IMG/VR virus record: IMGVR_UViG_3300044476_000029
Location: 1-38,411 of that record
DNA: 38,411 bases
Reading direction: 5' to 3' (one strand)
Source of the DNA: a virus
Taxonomy: Duplodnaviria > Caudoviricetes
Part shown: one piece after another, positions 9,009 through 17,488 of the stretch
Position numbering within the stretch: the first letter of the stretch is position 1
Layout of the letters: the number at the start of each line of letters is the position of its first letter
The notes under the pieces: model-generated
Told to the model about the DNA's origin: nothing
Database searches by the model: none
Seen by the model: only the letters and a program-made list of their open reading frames with translations
Position numbers and translations under genes: made by a program

Positions 9009-10327
9009 TGCCGAAGCCTAAGAAACTGACAGCCGAAGAACTAGCAGGACTAGCCGCAGACAGGGGTAACCTAAGCATCGGTGATATGCTGTTCCCTCGC
9101 TCGTCTGCTTCCCAAGATACTACCCGTAAGGCGTTTCTATGGAACGCACTGAAGGACGTAGCTAGCCTCCCTGGTCGTGGTGCTATTGGTGCATCTACCG
9201 CAGCATTGGCTCCGTTTGATGGTCAGTCGGCACGGCAGGCACTCGTTGAAGGGCTAGCTCGACCTACAAGCAACACAGGTGAGTTGTCTGACATCTTTGT
9301 GGATGCAGTCAAAGATCCTATGAACGTCATCGGTGAAGGTGTTGCTGTTACAGCAGCTAACCTTGCTCGTGGCGGTAAGTTAGCCAAGGGATTAGTTCGT
9401 GCGGCATCTATGGGTGGTGCTGATGCTGGCGCACAGGCGATGAACGGTGGACCTATTGACTGGAGACAGTCTCTAGCAGTAGCTGGATCTGACATTGCTT
9501 CCGGTATCATGCGCCCTGGTGTTGCCAAGATGTATGATCGTCCTGCTCACGGAGAAGGTGTACCGCTGGAAACTCTGCTCAAGCGCAACCCAAAGGGTAG
9601 CTGGCGTAGGCAGAACATGGATGAGTACATGAAGGATAGTGATGTCATCGACTATGATGGCAACCCGCTATTTGTTTACCACGGTGCCGCAGGTGACTAT
9701 ACTCACCTTAAACCATCCCCCGAAGGTGCTTACGGGCAGGGCATCTATACCACAGATCGCCCTAAGATCGCCTCGGGATATGCTAATGGTAAGCGTGCAG
9801 GCGATGCACCGCAAGTCTATCCTATGATCTCCAACGCCAAGGATCTGTTTGACTTCGACAGTCCGGCTGACTGGGAGCGGTTGAAGCGTGCATTTCCCAT
9901 GCCGGAAGAGGCTGAGCGGTTGGCACTGCTGAAGAAGACCAATCCCAATATGCAGAACAGCCGAGTATATAACTCCATGCTACAGCTACTAGATGACGCT
10001 GAGATGGACGCTATGCCACACGAACTGGCACGGAGAGTCAACCTATCCGAGAACGTAATGTCTGATCGTATCCGTGCTATGGGTCACGAAGGTATGCGGT
10101 ACAAGGACATCGGTAGCCTGCCCGGTAACAACTACAACTACTTGATCTTCGATCCGAAGAACTTGAAGTCAGTTAATAACCCCGGAACATGGGGCAAGAT
10201 GAACATGGATGAGCTAATGGGCATTGTGGGCTCTAAAACAGAAAAGCCCGGACTTGCATCTGGGCTTGCTCGAAGAGCACTGGGACGAGCCGAGACTCGC
10301 TATATCGACTCGCTCAAGACAAGGTAA
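9008..10327 (+). CDS. ADP-ribosyltransferase (ART-PolyVal-like C-terminal domain) with ejection-protein-like N-terminus
   Basis: DSDVIDYDGNPLFVYHG...GAYGQGIYTT...ASGYA...VYPM...GHEGMRY...YLIFDPKNLKSVNNPGTW matches the ART-PolyVal pattern. G/A-rich N-terminus shares DPMNV[IL]G with ORF 33331. Confidence 0.75.
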   Translation: MPKPKKLTAEELAGLAADRGNLSIGDMLFPRSSASQDTTRKAFLWNALKDVASLPGRGAIGASTAALAPFDGQSARQALVEGLARPTSNTGELSDIFVDAVKDPMNVIGEGVAVTAANLARGGKLAKGLVRAASMGGADAGAQAMNGGPIDWRQSLAVAGSDIASGIMRPGVAKMYDRPAHGEGVPLETLLKRNPKGSWRRQNMDEYMKDSDVIDYDGNPLFVYHGAAGDYTHLKPSPEGAYGQGIYTTDRPKIASGYANGKRAGDAPQVYPMISNAKDLFDFDSPADWERLKRAFPMPEEAERLALLKKTNPNMQNSRVYNSMLQLLDDAEMDAMPHELARRVNLSENVMSDRIRAMGHEGMRYKDIGSLPGNNYNYLIFDPKNLKSVNNPGTWGKMNMDELMGIVGSKTEKPGLASGLARRALGRAETRYIDSLKTR

Positions 10328-10790
10328 ACTCGTCACTGCCCTCACTGGGGTTATAGTTGAGTCCGTTAGCTGCACATGACCAGTACATGAGCGTATTAGT
10401 CGGAGGTGTGAAGCCTAGTGCCTCGCACCTCCGTAGCATTGTACGCAGGAACCAGTGAGACTGACCGCAACCAAGAGTGTACGAGATGCTGTATAGGATA
10501 CGTGTGATGCGCAACAGGTTGTGGTTGTAGGCATTCGCCCAGTGGTCGGTCGCGAGGAAGTAGTTGACCATACGCGCCAGCCCACGCATGACTGTATCCA
10601 CTGCCGCACTGTCTGCTTTGATTGCATCGACATTGTCATGCGTCAAGAGCGGAGCATCTGGGTTGACTGGCGAGGGGACGAAGAGCGGGAAGGCGACCTG
10701 TACCCAAGTATGATTGCGCTCCAGCCAGTTGTTGTCCGCCTGCTGGATTGCATCAAGCATATCTATCGTGCGCTGGATTGCATTGTACAT
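10314..10790 (-). CDS. Opioid growth factor receptor (OGFr_N)-like protein
   Basis: LERNHTWVQVAFPL..PSPVNPDAPLLT...NHNLLRITRILYSI...YW matches the OGFr conserved region. GGAG SD upstream. Confidence 0.8.
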   Translation of the reverse strand: MYNAIQRTIDMLDAIQQADNNWLERNHTWVQVAFPLFVPSPVNPDAPLLTHDNVDAIKADSAAVDTVMRGLARMVNYFLATDHWANAYNHNLLRITRILYSISYTLGCGQSHWFLRTMLRRCEALGFTPPTNTLMYWSCAANGLNYNPSEGSDEFTLS

Positions 10791-10819
10791 TGTCGTCTCC
10801 CGTGTGCAGATTGCTTATG

Positions 10820-11446
10820 TTATACGTTAACTGGGTGAGATAAGTTGATGAGACTGCCCGCTTCCGTCCGCACTGTGCCATCAGCATTGTACATATGGGT
10901 GTGGGTGTACTGCGCTTGGTACGATGCTTCGCTCTTTAGTCCAGCAACCATATCACGCAAGGCTACCATCTCTTCCGACAGCTTGATGACAAGCTCCGTT
11001 GCTTCCCTGTTGATCTCATCATAGGTAGCCACGATCTTGTTCAGTCTGTCGATCTCGGCCTGCTGTGCATTAGCGTACATCTGTAGCTTGTCAAGCAACT
11101 CCGATAGCTCTGCTGTCGTCCATACCCGCACAGTTGCTGTTGCTGGGTCATGTAGGTCACGTTGTGCCTGCTGTGCTGTCCTTATCTGATCTGGAGCCCC
11201 AAACAAGCTGTTAGCCATGTTACTGTATGGACCCGTAATCATCGCTTGGGTAGCTCTTGCTTGTGCCTCAGCTAGGCTACGCTCATTCTGCCTTGCCGCA
11301 CGGAATCTCTCGTATTCCGCCATCCGCTCCTCGGCAGTCTCCATGCCCTGCCGTGGGTACATCTGCTCTAGCTCTGACCGAGTTACGACTGGCCGATATG
11401 GCATCATGGACGATAGCCTGTCCCATAGGCTATCAGAACTAGGCAT
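10820..11446 (-). CDS. Hypothetical coiled-coil protein
   Basis: 208 aa, helical, E/Q/R/A-rich. Start overlaps the upstream stop. Confidence 0.6.
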   Translation of the reverse strand: MPSSDSLWDRLSSMMPYRPVVTRSELEQMYPRQGMETAEERMAEYERFRAARQNERSLAEAQARATQAMITGPYSNMANSLFGAPDQIRTAQQAQRDLHDPATATVRVWTTAELSELLDKLQMYANAQQAEIDRLNKIVATYDEINREATELVIKLSEEMVALRDMVAGLKSEASYQAQYTHTHMYNADGTVRTEAGSLINLSHPVNV

Positions 11447-11768
11447 TAGTTACCGCCATGCTGTGAGTAGGCTCTGCCCACAACTGAGCACTGCATCTAC
11501 GAGCGTGCTCCAAGTCACTCTCACCTTCGCGGATGTCCCACTTGTCCCAATCATCTTGGGTCATCTCAGACCTGATGCGGGCGATGGTGTCATCCACTGT
11601 ACCGTACATCTCCTCGTAGCGGATGGGTGCGTTGTCATCCAGCTCGCGCTCGATGCAGTTGGCAATGGTCTGGATCAAAGGGAGTGCATTGGGGTTGCTC
11701 ATATTGGGCTCCAAAATGGAAAAGCCACTTGGATGATCCCACTCCGCTGGTACTAGAGTAGGGTCCAA
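11439..11768 (-). CDS. Hypothetical acidic protein
   Basis: TTG start after GAGG (an internal ATG is an alternative). Chained with 10820-11446. Confidence 0.5.
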   Translation of the reverse strand: MDPTLVPAEWDHPSGFSILEPNMSNPNALPLIQTIANCIERELDDNAPIRYEEMYGTVDDTIARIRSEMTQDDWDKWDIREGESDLEHARRCSAQLWAEPTHSMAVTNA

Positions 11769-11869
11769 GTGGCCTCAAAGTCTTCAAGATCGGTACCAGC
11801 GATCTCTTATACATAGAAGGTAATCACAAACTTGGACGAATCCAAGCACTTTCTGCACAAAGACAAAAC

Positions 11870-11986
11870 TTAATTCACGTTAGAGGCAAGAAGTAGCATG
11901 AGCATGAGCTGGCGTTGCTCCTCATCTCTGCGTTCTCTGTCTAGTCTCTGTCTCTCTTCCTCTTCGCGGCGCTGTTTATCAGTCAT
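11870..11986 (-). CDS. Small charged hypothetical protein (38 aa)
   Basis: ATG at 11986 overlaps the end of the DUF2829 gene. Product MTDKQRREEEERQRLDRERRDEEQRQLMLMLLLASNVN. Confidence 0.45.
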   Translation of the reverse strand: MTDKQRREEEERQRLDRERRDEEQRQLMLMLLLASNVN

Positions 11987-12233
11987 TGATGATGATCCAG
12001 TCGTCTGCCTGTAGGTCAGACACGGACGGTACCCATGTGTTGAGCTGACCATGACTGAAGATCACGAAGAATGGCATGAAGGTACCTACACAGGGATTGA
12101 TCTCCCGCACCCTGAACTCTTTGTCAGAGTACAGGTCGATCCTGCGTACCCACATTCCTTTGCCATTCCAGCCGACCCTTTGAATCTTAGCTCCGTCCTG
12201 TACCGCAAGCAGTGCATCAGAAAAGTTAGCCAT
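11979..12233 (-). CDS. tad2: DUF2829 / Tad2-family anti-defence sponge protein
   Basis: NFSDAL..VQDGAKIQRVGWNGKGMWV...PFF...WVPSVSDLQADDW is the DUF2829 signature. Confidence 0.85.
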   Translation of the reverse strand: MANFSDALLAVQDGAKIQRVGWNGKGMWVRRIDLYSDKEFRVREINPCVGTFMPFFVIFSHGQLNTWVPSVSDLQADDWIIIND

Positions 12234-12376
12234 TATCGCGCTCCTGGAATCTTGAGTAGCTCGCAGATGAGAGCACTCACATCATCTGCCGTGCCTCGCA
12301 CCTTGACAACCTCACCGTTAGGCAAGGTCAGGTTGACACAGGGTTCGTTGATTGCAGTTGTTGTCCCCGGAATCAT
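12233..12376 (-). CDS. Small hypothetical protein (47 aa, not in ORF track)
   Basis: MIPGTTTAINEPCVNLTLPNGEVVKVRGTADDVSALICELLKIPGAR. ATGA overlap upstream and TAATG overlap downstream fill the gap exactly. Confidence 0.6.
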   Translation of the reverse strand: MIPGTTTAINEPCVNLTLPNGEVVKVRGTADDVSALICELLKIPGAR

Positions 12377-12696
12377 GCGAACACCCGGTACTCTAGGCTA
12401 GCCAGTGTAGGCATCAGATAGCGATCCCAGATCACTTGGTTGGTGTCGCCCTTACCAACACTAATGTGGATGGCGATATTGTGATGGGAGTAGGTACACC
12501 TGTCATAGACCTTGTCCAGCAGTAGCTGTGGGTGCTCTGCCAGCCTGTCGATCCTCTCTGTCATTACCTCAAGGATCTTGTCCTTAATGTCCTGGTCAGA
12601 TGGTGCATCGGTGGCTACTCGCTCGTCCGTGTAGACATAGATCCAGCGAGGTGTGGGATTCTCATCAGTGCCGAAGGTGGCGTATACTCTGTACAT
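12373..12696 (-). CDS. Hypothetical protein
   Basis: 107 aa with AAGGAG SD, within the minus-strand operon. Confidence 0.6.
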   Translation of the reverse strand: MYRVYATFGTDENPTPRWIYVYTDERVATDAPSDQDIKDKILEVMTERIDRLAEHPQLLLDKVYDRCTYSHHNIAIHISVGKGDTNQVIWDRYLMPTLASLEYRVFA

Positions 12697-13054
12697 GGTT
12701 ATCTCCTTGGTTGTGTTTAAGCATCTCGTCCTTATATTTCTTACCTAGTTGGAGATAGCTGTGCAAAGTATCCCACATACGATCATCGGGTAGATTAACT
12801 ATAGCGGTTAATTGTCCTAACATATAGCGTTCACCACCACCGAACGGACCTTTAGCCACCATACAACGCATGACAAAGATAGCATCAAGCTGCTGGAGCA
12901 CCCAGTGGCCCGGAGTTAACGATGTCTCTGGTTGACACCACCCGTACCCAAGATCCAGTACCTCAGCCTTGTGCGCATGGATGAGATGGACTAGACGCCA
13001 TGTATCATAATCCCGTGGTAAAAATAGCCTAGCTAGTATACGCCTTATACTCAT
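12665..13054 (-). CDS. Hypothetical protein
   Basis: 129 aa with GGAGG SD. Confidence 0.55.
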   Translation of the reverse strand: MSIRRILARLFLPRDYDTWRLVHLIHAHKAEVLDLGYGWCQPETSLTPGHWVLQQLDAIFVMRCMVAKGPFGGGERYMLGQLTAIVNLPDDRMWDTLHSYLQLGKKYKDEMLKHNQGDNHVQSIRHLRH

Positions 13055-13087
13055 TAGCCCCTCCGTTGAACTCTACCTACATAGAGA

Positions 13088-13216
13088 TTAAGCATTTTCT
13101 GGTGCGGTAAACCAATCTTCGAGCTGAAAAAGGGCCTCATCATCAGAAATAGTGGCTGCTGGTAGAGCACCTATCAACAGCCAGTTAGTCGTAGTCAGTA
13201 GCTGGTCTTCATCCAT
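13088..13216 (-). CDS. Small acidic hypothetical protein (42 aa, not in ORF track)
   Basis: MDEDQLLTTTNWLLIGALPAATISDDEAPFQLEDWFTAPENA, preceded by GTAAAT-7nt-ATG, a variant of the late motif. Confidence 0.45.
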   Translation of the reverse strand: MDEDQLLTTTNWLLIGALPAATISDDEALFQLEDWFTAPENA

Positions 13217-13229
13217 GCACCATATTTAC

Positions 13230-13520
13230 CTAGTCGTCCGGGTCAGTGCCAACTAGCGTCCATGCCAGTCTCCGTGTGCCTCTCATGTACAGAGCAACAG
13301 GCTCCGGGAAGCTCATTGCCTGCTCCCACATAGTCGCTACGGACTCCGGTGTCTCCGGAAGATAGCAGCCATCACCTGTCTCTATCTTGCCACCGACTGC
13401 TGTATATAGGCGAGTTGGCTGGGACAGTGTGTCGATAATGCTACCATCCTCCTTACGCAAGATCGGGAGGAAAGCGAAGTAGGCCATCGGGTGACCTGCG
13501 ATCTTGGTGATCTTAGGCAT
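13230..13520 (-). CDS. Hypothetical protein
   Basis: 96 aa, TAATG-coupled to the primase gene. Confidence 0.6.
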   Translation of the reverse strand: MPKITKIAGHPMAYFAFLPILRKEDGSIIDTLSQPTRLYTAVGGKIETGDGCYLPETPESVATMWEQAMSFPEPVALYMRGTRRLAWTLVGTDPDD

Positions 13521-14407
13521 TAGTATGCTCCTAGATTAGCGAATGCCTTGGTGGTTGGTTTAGTGGCATCTGGTGGAAACTGCTGGCGATTGGCACCGAA
13601 GTTAATGACTAGCTGCTGCATGGCTTTGTCATTGCGGTGGCCGACAACGATCTGATAGACCTCATCGTAAGACCAGCACCACACACCGTTGCAGTTGGAT
13701 GCCAGCATACGGGCAACCAGACTACAGTAATGGTGGTAGCTCTGCTCGCCTGCGGACTGAGGCAACGCAAGCAACTGCTGATACTGGTACTTGCGGATGC
13801 GGTTGATGTACTCTAGTGGCTCTGGGTTGTAGTAGCCACGGACATCCTTGCTTGCCCTCCGAGCTGGTAGCCGCTGGATGTCTGGTCTACTTGCAATGGT
13901 CTCCTTGACCATATCCAGTGAGTATCGTACTGTGTCTGCAATGTTGTACCCGCAGACATAGTTAGGTCCACGGTTGGGCCTAGCTTGGTAGTTACGCATA
14001 CTTGTTGGATCGATGCCCTCGAAGTAAGCGACAAGGGCAGCTTGGCCTTGCGGTGTGTAGATCTCGCTAAAGGGGATCTCCTCCTGCAAAGGTAGCACAA
14101 CCTTGAACTTGTGTGTGGCACCATCAACGAGGTGATTGACACTGGCGTACCAGTAATACTCAAGATGCCTGTACTGGTTGTGGAACTGCACTGGAGTAAC
14201 GCCACCATCGTAGTCCAAGATCAGGGCATATATGGTAGTGATGTTGTCTAGCTTGCGCTCGTTACCTTCCATGCGGGCGAACATCCACAAGGGGCAGGAT
14301 GCCTTGGGTACCGAGTAGGTTTGGTCGTACATGGTGTCCAGCAGGATACCGATGCCGTCACCGTACTGCTGGACGGAGCTAGCGTGCTTGTTGTCGATCA
14401 TTAGCAT
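13520..14407 (-). CDS. AEP-superfamily primase (primase-polymerase domain)
   Basis: ALILDYD (DxD), YASVNH (SxxH), KFKVVLPL and IDPTS motifs. The second ATG at 14401 gives TAATG coupling to the helicase. Confidence 0.7.
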   Translation of the reverse strand: MLMIDNKHASSVQQYGDGIGILLDTMYDQTYSVPKASCPLWMFARMEGNERKLDNITTIYALILDYDGGVTPVQFHNQYRHLEYYWYASVNHLVDGATHKFKVVLPLQEEIPFSEIYTPQGQAALVAYFEGIDPTSMRNYQARPNRGPNYVCGYNIADTVRYSLDMVKETIASRPDIQRLPARRASKDVRGYYNPEPLEYINRIRKYQYQQLLALPQSAGEQSYHHYCSLVARMLASNCNGVWCWSYDEVYQIVVGHRNDKAMQQLVINFGANRQQFPPDATKPTTKAFANLGAY

Positions 14408-16257
14408 GGGATTACCTCAGCCACTCGGCGTGCTGCCTGCTGTGCATGGAGAGTGTCAACCGAGAAGTGTGTGATGTCCATCGAAGCAATTCGCGACTGC
14501 TCCCTGTCCCTACGGTCAGAGTTGTACTCCTGTGTGCCCACATCAGCGCGGCCAGATACATCGCGGAACTTGAGTCCAAGCACCTTAGCGTGCGCGTAGG
14601 TACGGACCAACACCTCGGGCCAGAAACGCTGCACATCCGGTACGATCTGATTGATGTTGAGCTTGTGGATCGGGTTGTACTTGCCAAGCGACCATGCAGC
14701 GTACCGATCGTACACATCCTTGAGCGGCAACCGCGCATCGGGATCAATGGTGCAGTGTTCCTTTGCCCATGTCTCGAACGAGGACTCAGGAATGTAAGTG
14801 TCCTGCTCTGCGATCAGCTTACGGTACAAGTCAGTCTCTGCGCTTGTGATGGTGTACCCATTGGGTAGGGTCTCGTCAATGCAGGACCACATCATGTGGA
14901 TGTTTGTAGGATCGAAGTAGATTGCATATGCCTCGGGCTCTACATCTGACGGTACTTCGCGACTGCGCAGTCCGACATCAAGGGCGTAGAGTCTGCGAGC
15001 CATACCACCAGTGCGGTCAGGGAAGACATCCTTGATGCTGTGGTTGGTGCTACCGACAAAGGTAGCTTTAATCTTGTTGGACTCAATGGACATCGAGTGC
15101 ATTCTACGGGTGTTGTTGGTCTTGCCCGTCACAAATGCTTTAGCGATGTTGAGGCGTTGCACCTGCTGGGTGTCTGCTGTCTGGCTAACTGCGATCTCGT
15201 CAAGGTTATAGACATAATACTTGGCGAACATACGAGCACCGAAGGCATCCCACATGGTCTCAAGCGTGCCCTTGGGTACATAGAAGGCAGGTCCGAGGCA
15301 CTCGAACAGCATATGGAAGCCGTGAGTCTTACCTGTGTGTGGTGCGCCCGTCTTGATGAGAGCAACCGATGCACCGGACACATGGTCAGTATTGATGCCA
15401 AGCAGGCGGCACTTGACTTGCCACATTGTATGGCAGATCATGCGATGGGTCACATCGGCATCGTTGCGCATCCTGTACGCAGTATGTAGGGCATCTGTCA
15501 TCTTACGCAGGTGCAGTTGCTTCTGCTCAGGCGTAAGACCGAAGTCACGGGAGATGTGCTCACGGACGGATACCAGCAAGTTGTCAGTCATCTCCATGCT
15601 GTCCTTGGCCATGTACAGGGGGATGAGCGCAGGGATGAGCAGTGTCTGCTTGCCTGTGATCTTACGCTCGTGTACCTTGGCAGTGATGAGCTGCTCAACC
15701 TCATCAGCATCGCGATCCATGTCATTCTGCCGCCATGCACCGTCCACATAGGCCAAGTTGAGCGACTTGCGCAGGCTAACATACTCTGCGTAGACAGCAC
15801 TCTCGTCAACAGGGGCACTGGCAAGGTGGTGCTCACGGGCGGCATTGAGGTAGCTGTCGGCCTCGCGGTCACTGATGCCAAATACATCAGCGATCTCTGC
15901 AAGTACCTTGCGCTCGACACCTGTACCATTGATCTCACGACTACGGTACTTGATACGTGAGCGGGAGACCTTACCGCAGAGGGAAGTGATGATGGCCTTG
16001 GTTAGGTCGTACCCCGGAGTCTCGGCGTCAATCTCGGCCCGCAGGTCGTCTTGGAGCTGCCCGTTGTTTCGCCACGCCTTGATGGCGATACCTCTACCTG
16101 ATGCCCACACATTGAGTGACTTGGGCTCAGTCCTCTCTTCCACGCAAAACTCAACGTACTGTGTGTACCGAGTTACTGTTGGCTGGTCCTCTACAAGGGA
16201 AGCGGGATCAAATGCACCGTTGCTTGCGGCCTGCTGGATCATGTCAATCAAACTCAT
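14401..16257 (-). CDS. SF3 (VapE/D5-like) replicative helicase
   Basis: Walker A GAPHTGKT, Walker B VYNLDE, sensor FVGSTN, RR arginine finger (MARRL), C-terminal winged-helix-like LKDVYDRYAAW. Confidence 0.8.
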   Translation of the reverse strand: MSLIDMIQQAASNGAFDPASLVEDQPTVTRYTQYVEFCVEERTEPKSLNVWASGRGIAIKAWRNNGQLQDDLRAEIDAETPGYDLTKAIITSLCGKVSRSRIKYRSREINGTGVERKVLAEIADVFGISDREADSYLNAAREHHLASAPVDESAVYAEYVSLRKSLNLAYVDGAWRQNDMDRDADEVEQLITAKVHERKITGKQTLLIPALIPLYMAKDSMEMTDNLLVSVREHISRDFGLTPEQKQLHLRKMTDALHTAYRMRNDADVTHRMICHTMWQVKCRLLGINTDHVSGASVALIKTGAPHTGKTHGFHMLFECLGPAFYVPKGTLETMWDAFGARMFAKYYVYNLDEIAVSQTADTQQVQRLNIAKAFVTGKTNNTRRMHSMSIESNKIKATFVGSTNHSIKDVFPDRTGGMARRLYALDVGLRSREVPSDVEPEAYAIYFDPTNIHMMWSCIDETLPNGYTITSAETDLYRKLIAEQDTYIPESSFETWAKEHCTIDPDARLPLKDVYDRYAAWSLGKYNPIHKLNINQIVPDVQRFWPEVLVRTYAHAKVLGLKFRDVSGRADVGTQEYNSDRRDREQSRIASMDITHFSVDTLHAQQAARRVAEVIPC

Positions 16258-16281
16258 CTTATACCACCTTAGAACACAATG

Positions 16282-16553
16282 AAGCCCTTGGTCAGCGGTT
16301 GGTAGTTGCAGCTACTAACATGACCAAGGGCTTATGGGGAGTATCCCCTCAATTCGTACTGACCTGCTGCAACAGGCTTACAAAGAGAGATTGTTGCGCT
16401 TTCTCGCCAATTCTGTCTTTGTGGTCGCCTTACACGATTTACTGTACTCAAGCAGAGTACAGGTGGTGTTTCGGCTGATGAGGAGGGATGAGATAGGATG
16501 CTGGTATGGATGAGGTAGTGCGGCCTACTCCGATGAGCCCCGCGTATGGAGTA
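16282..16553. other. Cluster of hairpins in the divergent intergenic region (structured leader, ncRNA or origin)
   Basis: Perfect 13-bp inverted repeat 16282-16294/16321-16333. Also GGGGA/TCCCC, CCTG/CAGG, ACAAAGA/TCTTTGT, CTGTACTC/GAGTACAG (16442-16462) and TACTCC/GGAGTA (16526-16553). Confidence 0.55.
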
Positions 16554-16554
16554 C

Positions 16555-16582
16555 AAAGTAAGACAAGAATCTCGGATGTCAA
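16555..16582 (-). promoter_or_regulatory. Putative sigma70-type promoter for the replication arm
   Basis: TTGACA-16nt-TACTTT on the minus strand, about 300 nt upstream of the helicase. Confidence 0.45.
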
Positions 16583-16868
16583 GCAAAATCTAAGGCAGTG
16601 TACCAACACACAGGATGAAACTGAAACACACATGAAACAAACTGTTGATAAGTATGTTTCTGGGAGTCATGTGGTACCCAAAATCAAGCTCAAAACTCCC
16701 TATACAAATGATACACTACATACTCATAGGAAGTGTGTTTTTTAAGTTGGTAATGTAAGTGACTCCCATGGCTCCCATACACATTTGAGCATAAGCATAA
16801 TTTATGGGTCAGCGTGGCTACCAACATCTGTGAACAAAATGTGCATACCTCTAGAGTAAGAGGAGTAC

Positions 16869-17432
16869 ATGATGCCCACAGATCCAAAGCCCAAGAAGAC
16901 ACCGAAGCCACCCACCAAAGAGGCAAAGCCTCGGAAGCTCAAAGAGCTGACACTTGCTGCTAGTGACACCGAGCTACCTGCCAGTGGTTCTTGCCGTGAC
17001 ATGAGCCCAGAGGAGGCCATCGCTGATGGCTACTGGGGTTGCATATACCAGATCACCTTGGCACTACCGTCCAAGATCGGTATCCCTCTGTACTATACGG
17101 GGAGCAAGGGCTTCGGGCCACAGACCAAGACCAAGTCCGGTGAACTAACTGCTGCGGCTACTACATGGATGACCTACACTAGCTCGTCAGACGATGTCAA
17201 TGCTAAGCTAGCTACCGGACTCTACACGGTCCAGTGGAGCATCTTAGGCTACGGGAGGAGCAAGGGGCAGTGCTTGGCCATTGAAGCGGCTCTGATAGCC
17301 CACAGCGTCAAGCAGTACGGGACAGGCCGAGTGCTGAACAAAGCTCAGGTTGGTGGGGGGAAGCTCACAGGCTACCGGAGTAAGTACAGCAAAAGGAAAT
17401 CTGCACCGAAGAGCAACATTCGCTTCAGTTGA
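16869..17432 (+). CDS. GIY-YIG superfamily nuclease (Seg-like, divergent)
   Basis: GCIYQIT...YYTGSK...WMTYTSSS...WSIL...SKGQCLAIEA...LN. AGGAG SD; the ATG at 16872 may be the real start. Confidence 0.65.
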   Translation: MMPTDPKPKKTPKPPTKEAKPRKLKELTLAASDTELPASGSCRDMSPEEAIADGYWGCIYQITLALPSKIGIPLYYTGSKGFGPQTKTKSGELTAAATTWMTYTSSSDDVNAKLATGLYTVQWSILGYGRSKGQCLAIEAALIAHSVKQYGTGRVLNKAQVGGGKLTGYRSKYSKRKSAPKSNIRFS

Positions 17433-17433
17433 C

Positions 17434-17462
17434 TTTACATTCAGCCCCTGCTCGCCTATACT
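17434..17462 (+). promoter_or_regulatory. Sigma70-type promoter
   Basis: TTTACA (17434-17439), 17 nt, TATACT (17457-17462). Confidence 0.65.
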
Positions 17463-17488
17463 TCCATACACAAGCACAGGAGTCAACA

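Noticed and set aside
14412-16282. Many 60-150 aa alternative-frame and antisense ORFs over the helicase (also over portal, hub and tailspike)
   Set aside because: Shadow ORFs fully overlapping well-supported genes, with no recognisable motifs or start signals.
16468-16482. GTTTCGGCTGATGAG contains hammerhead core words
   Set aside because: CTGATGAG and CGAAAC are on opposite strands, with no supporting stems.
16478-16620. Multiple GGA motifs as a CsrA/RsmA sponge RNA
   Set aside because: The GGAs are not presented in regular hairpin loops and I found no + strand promoter for them.
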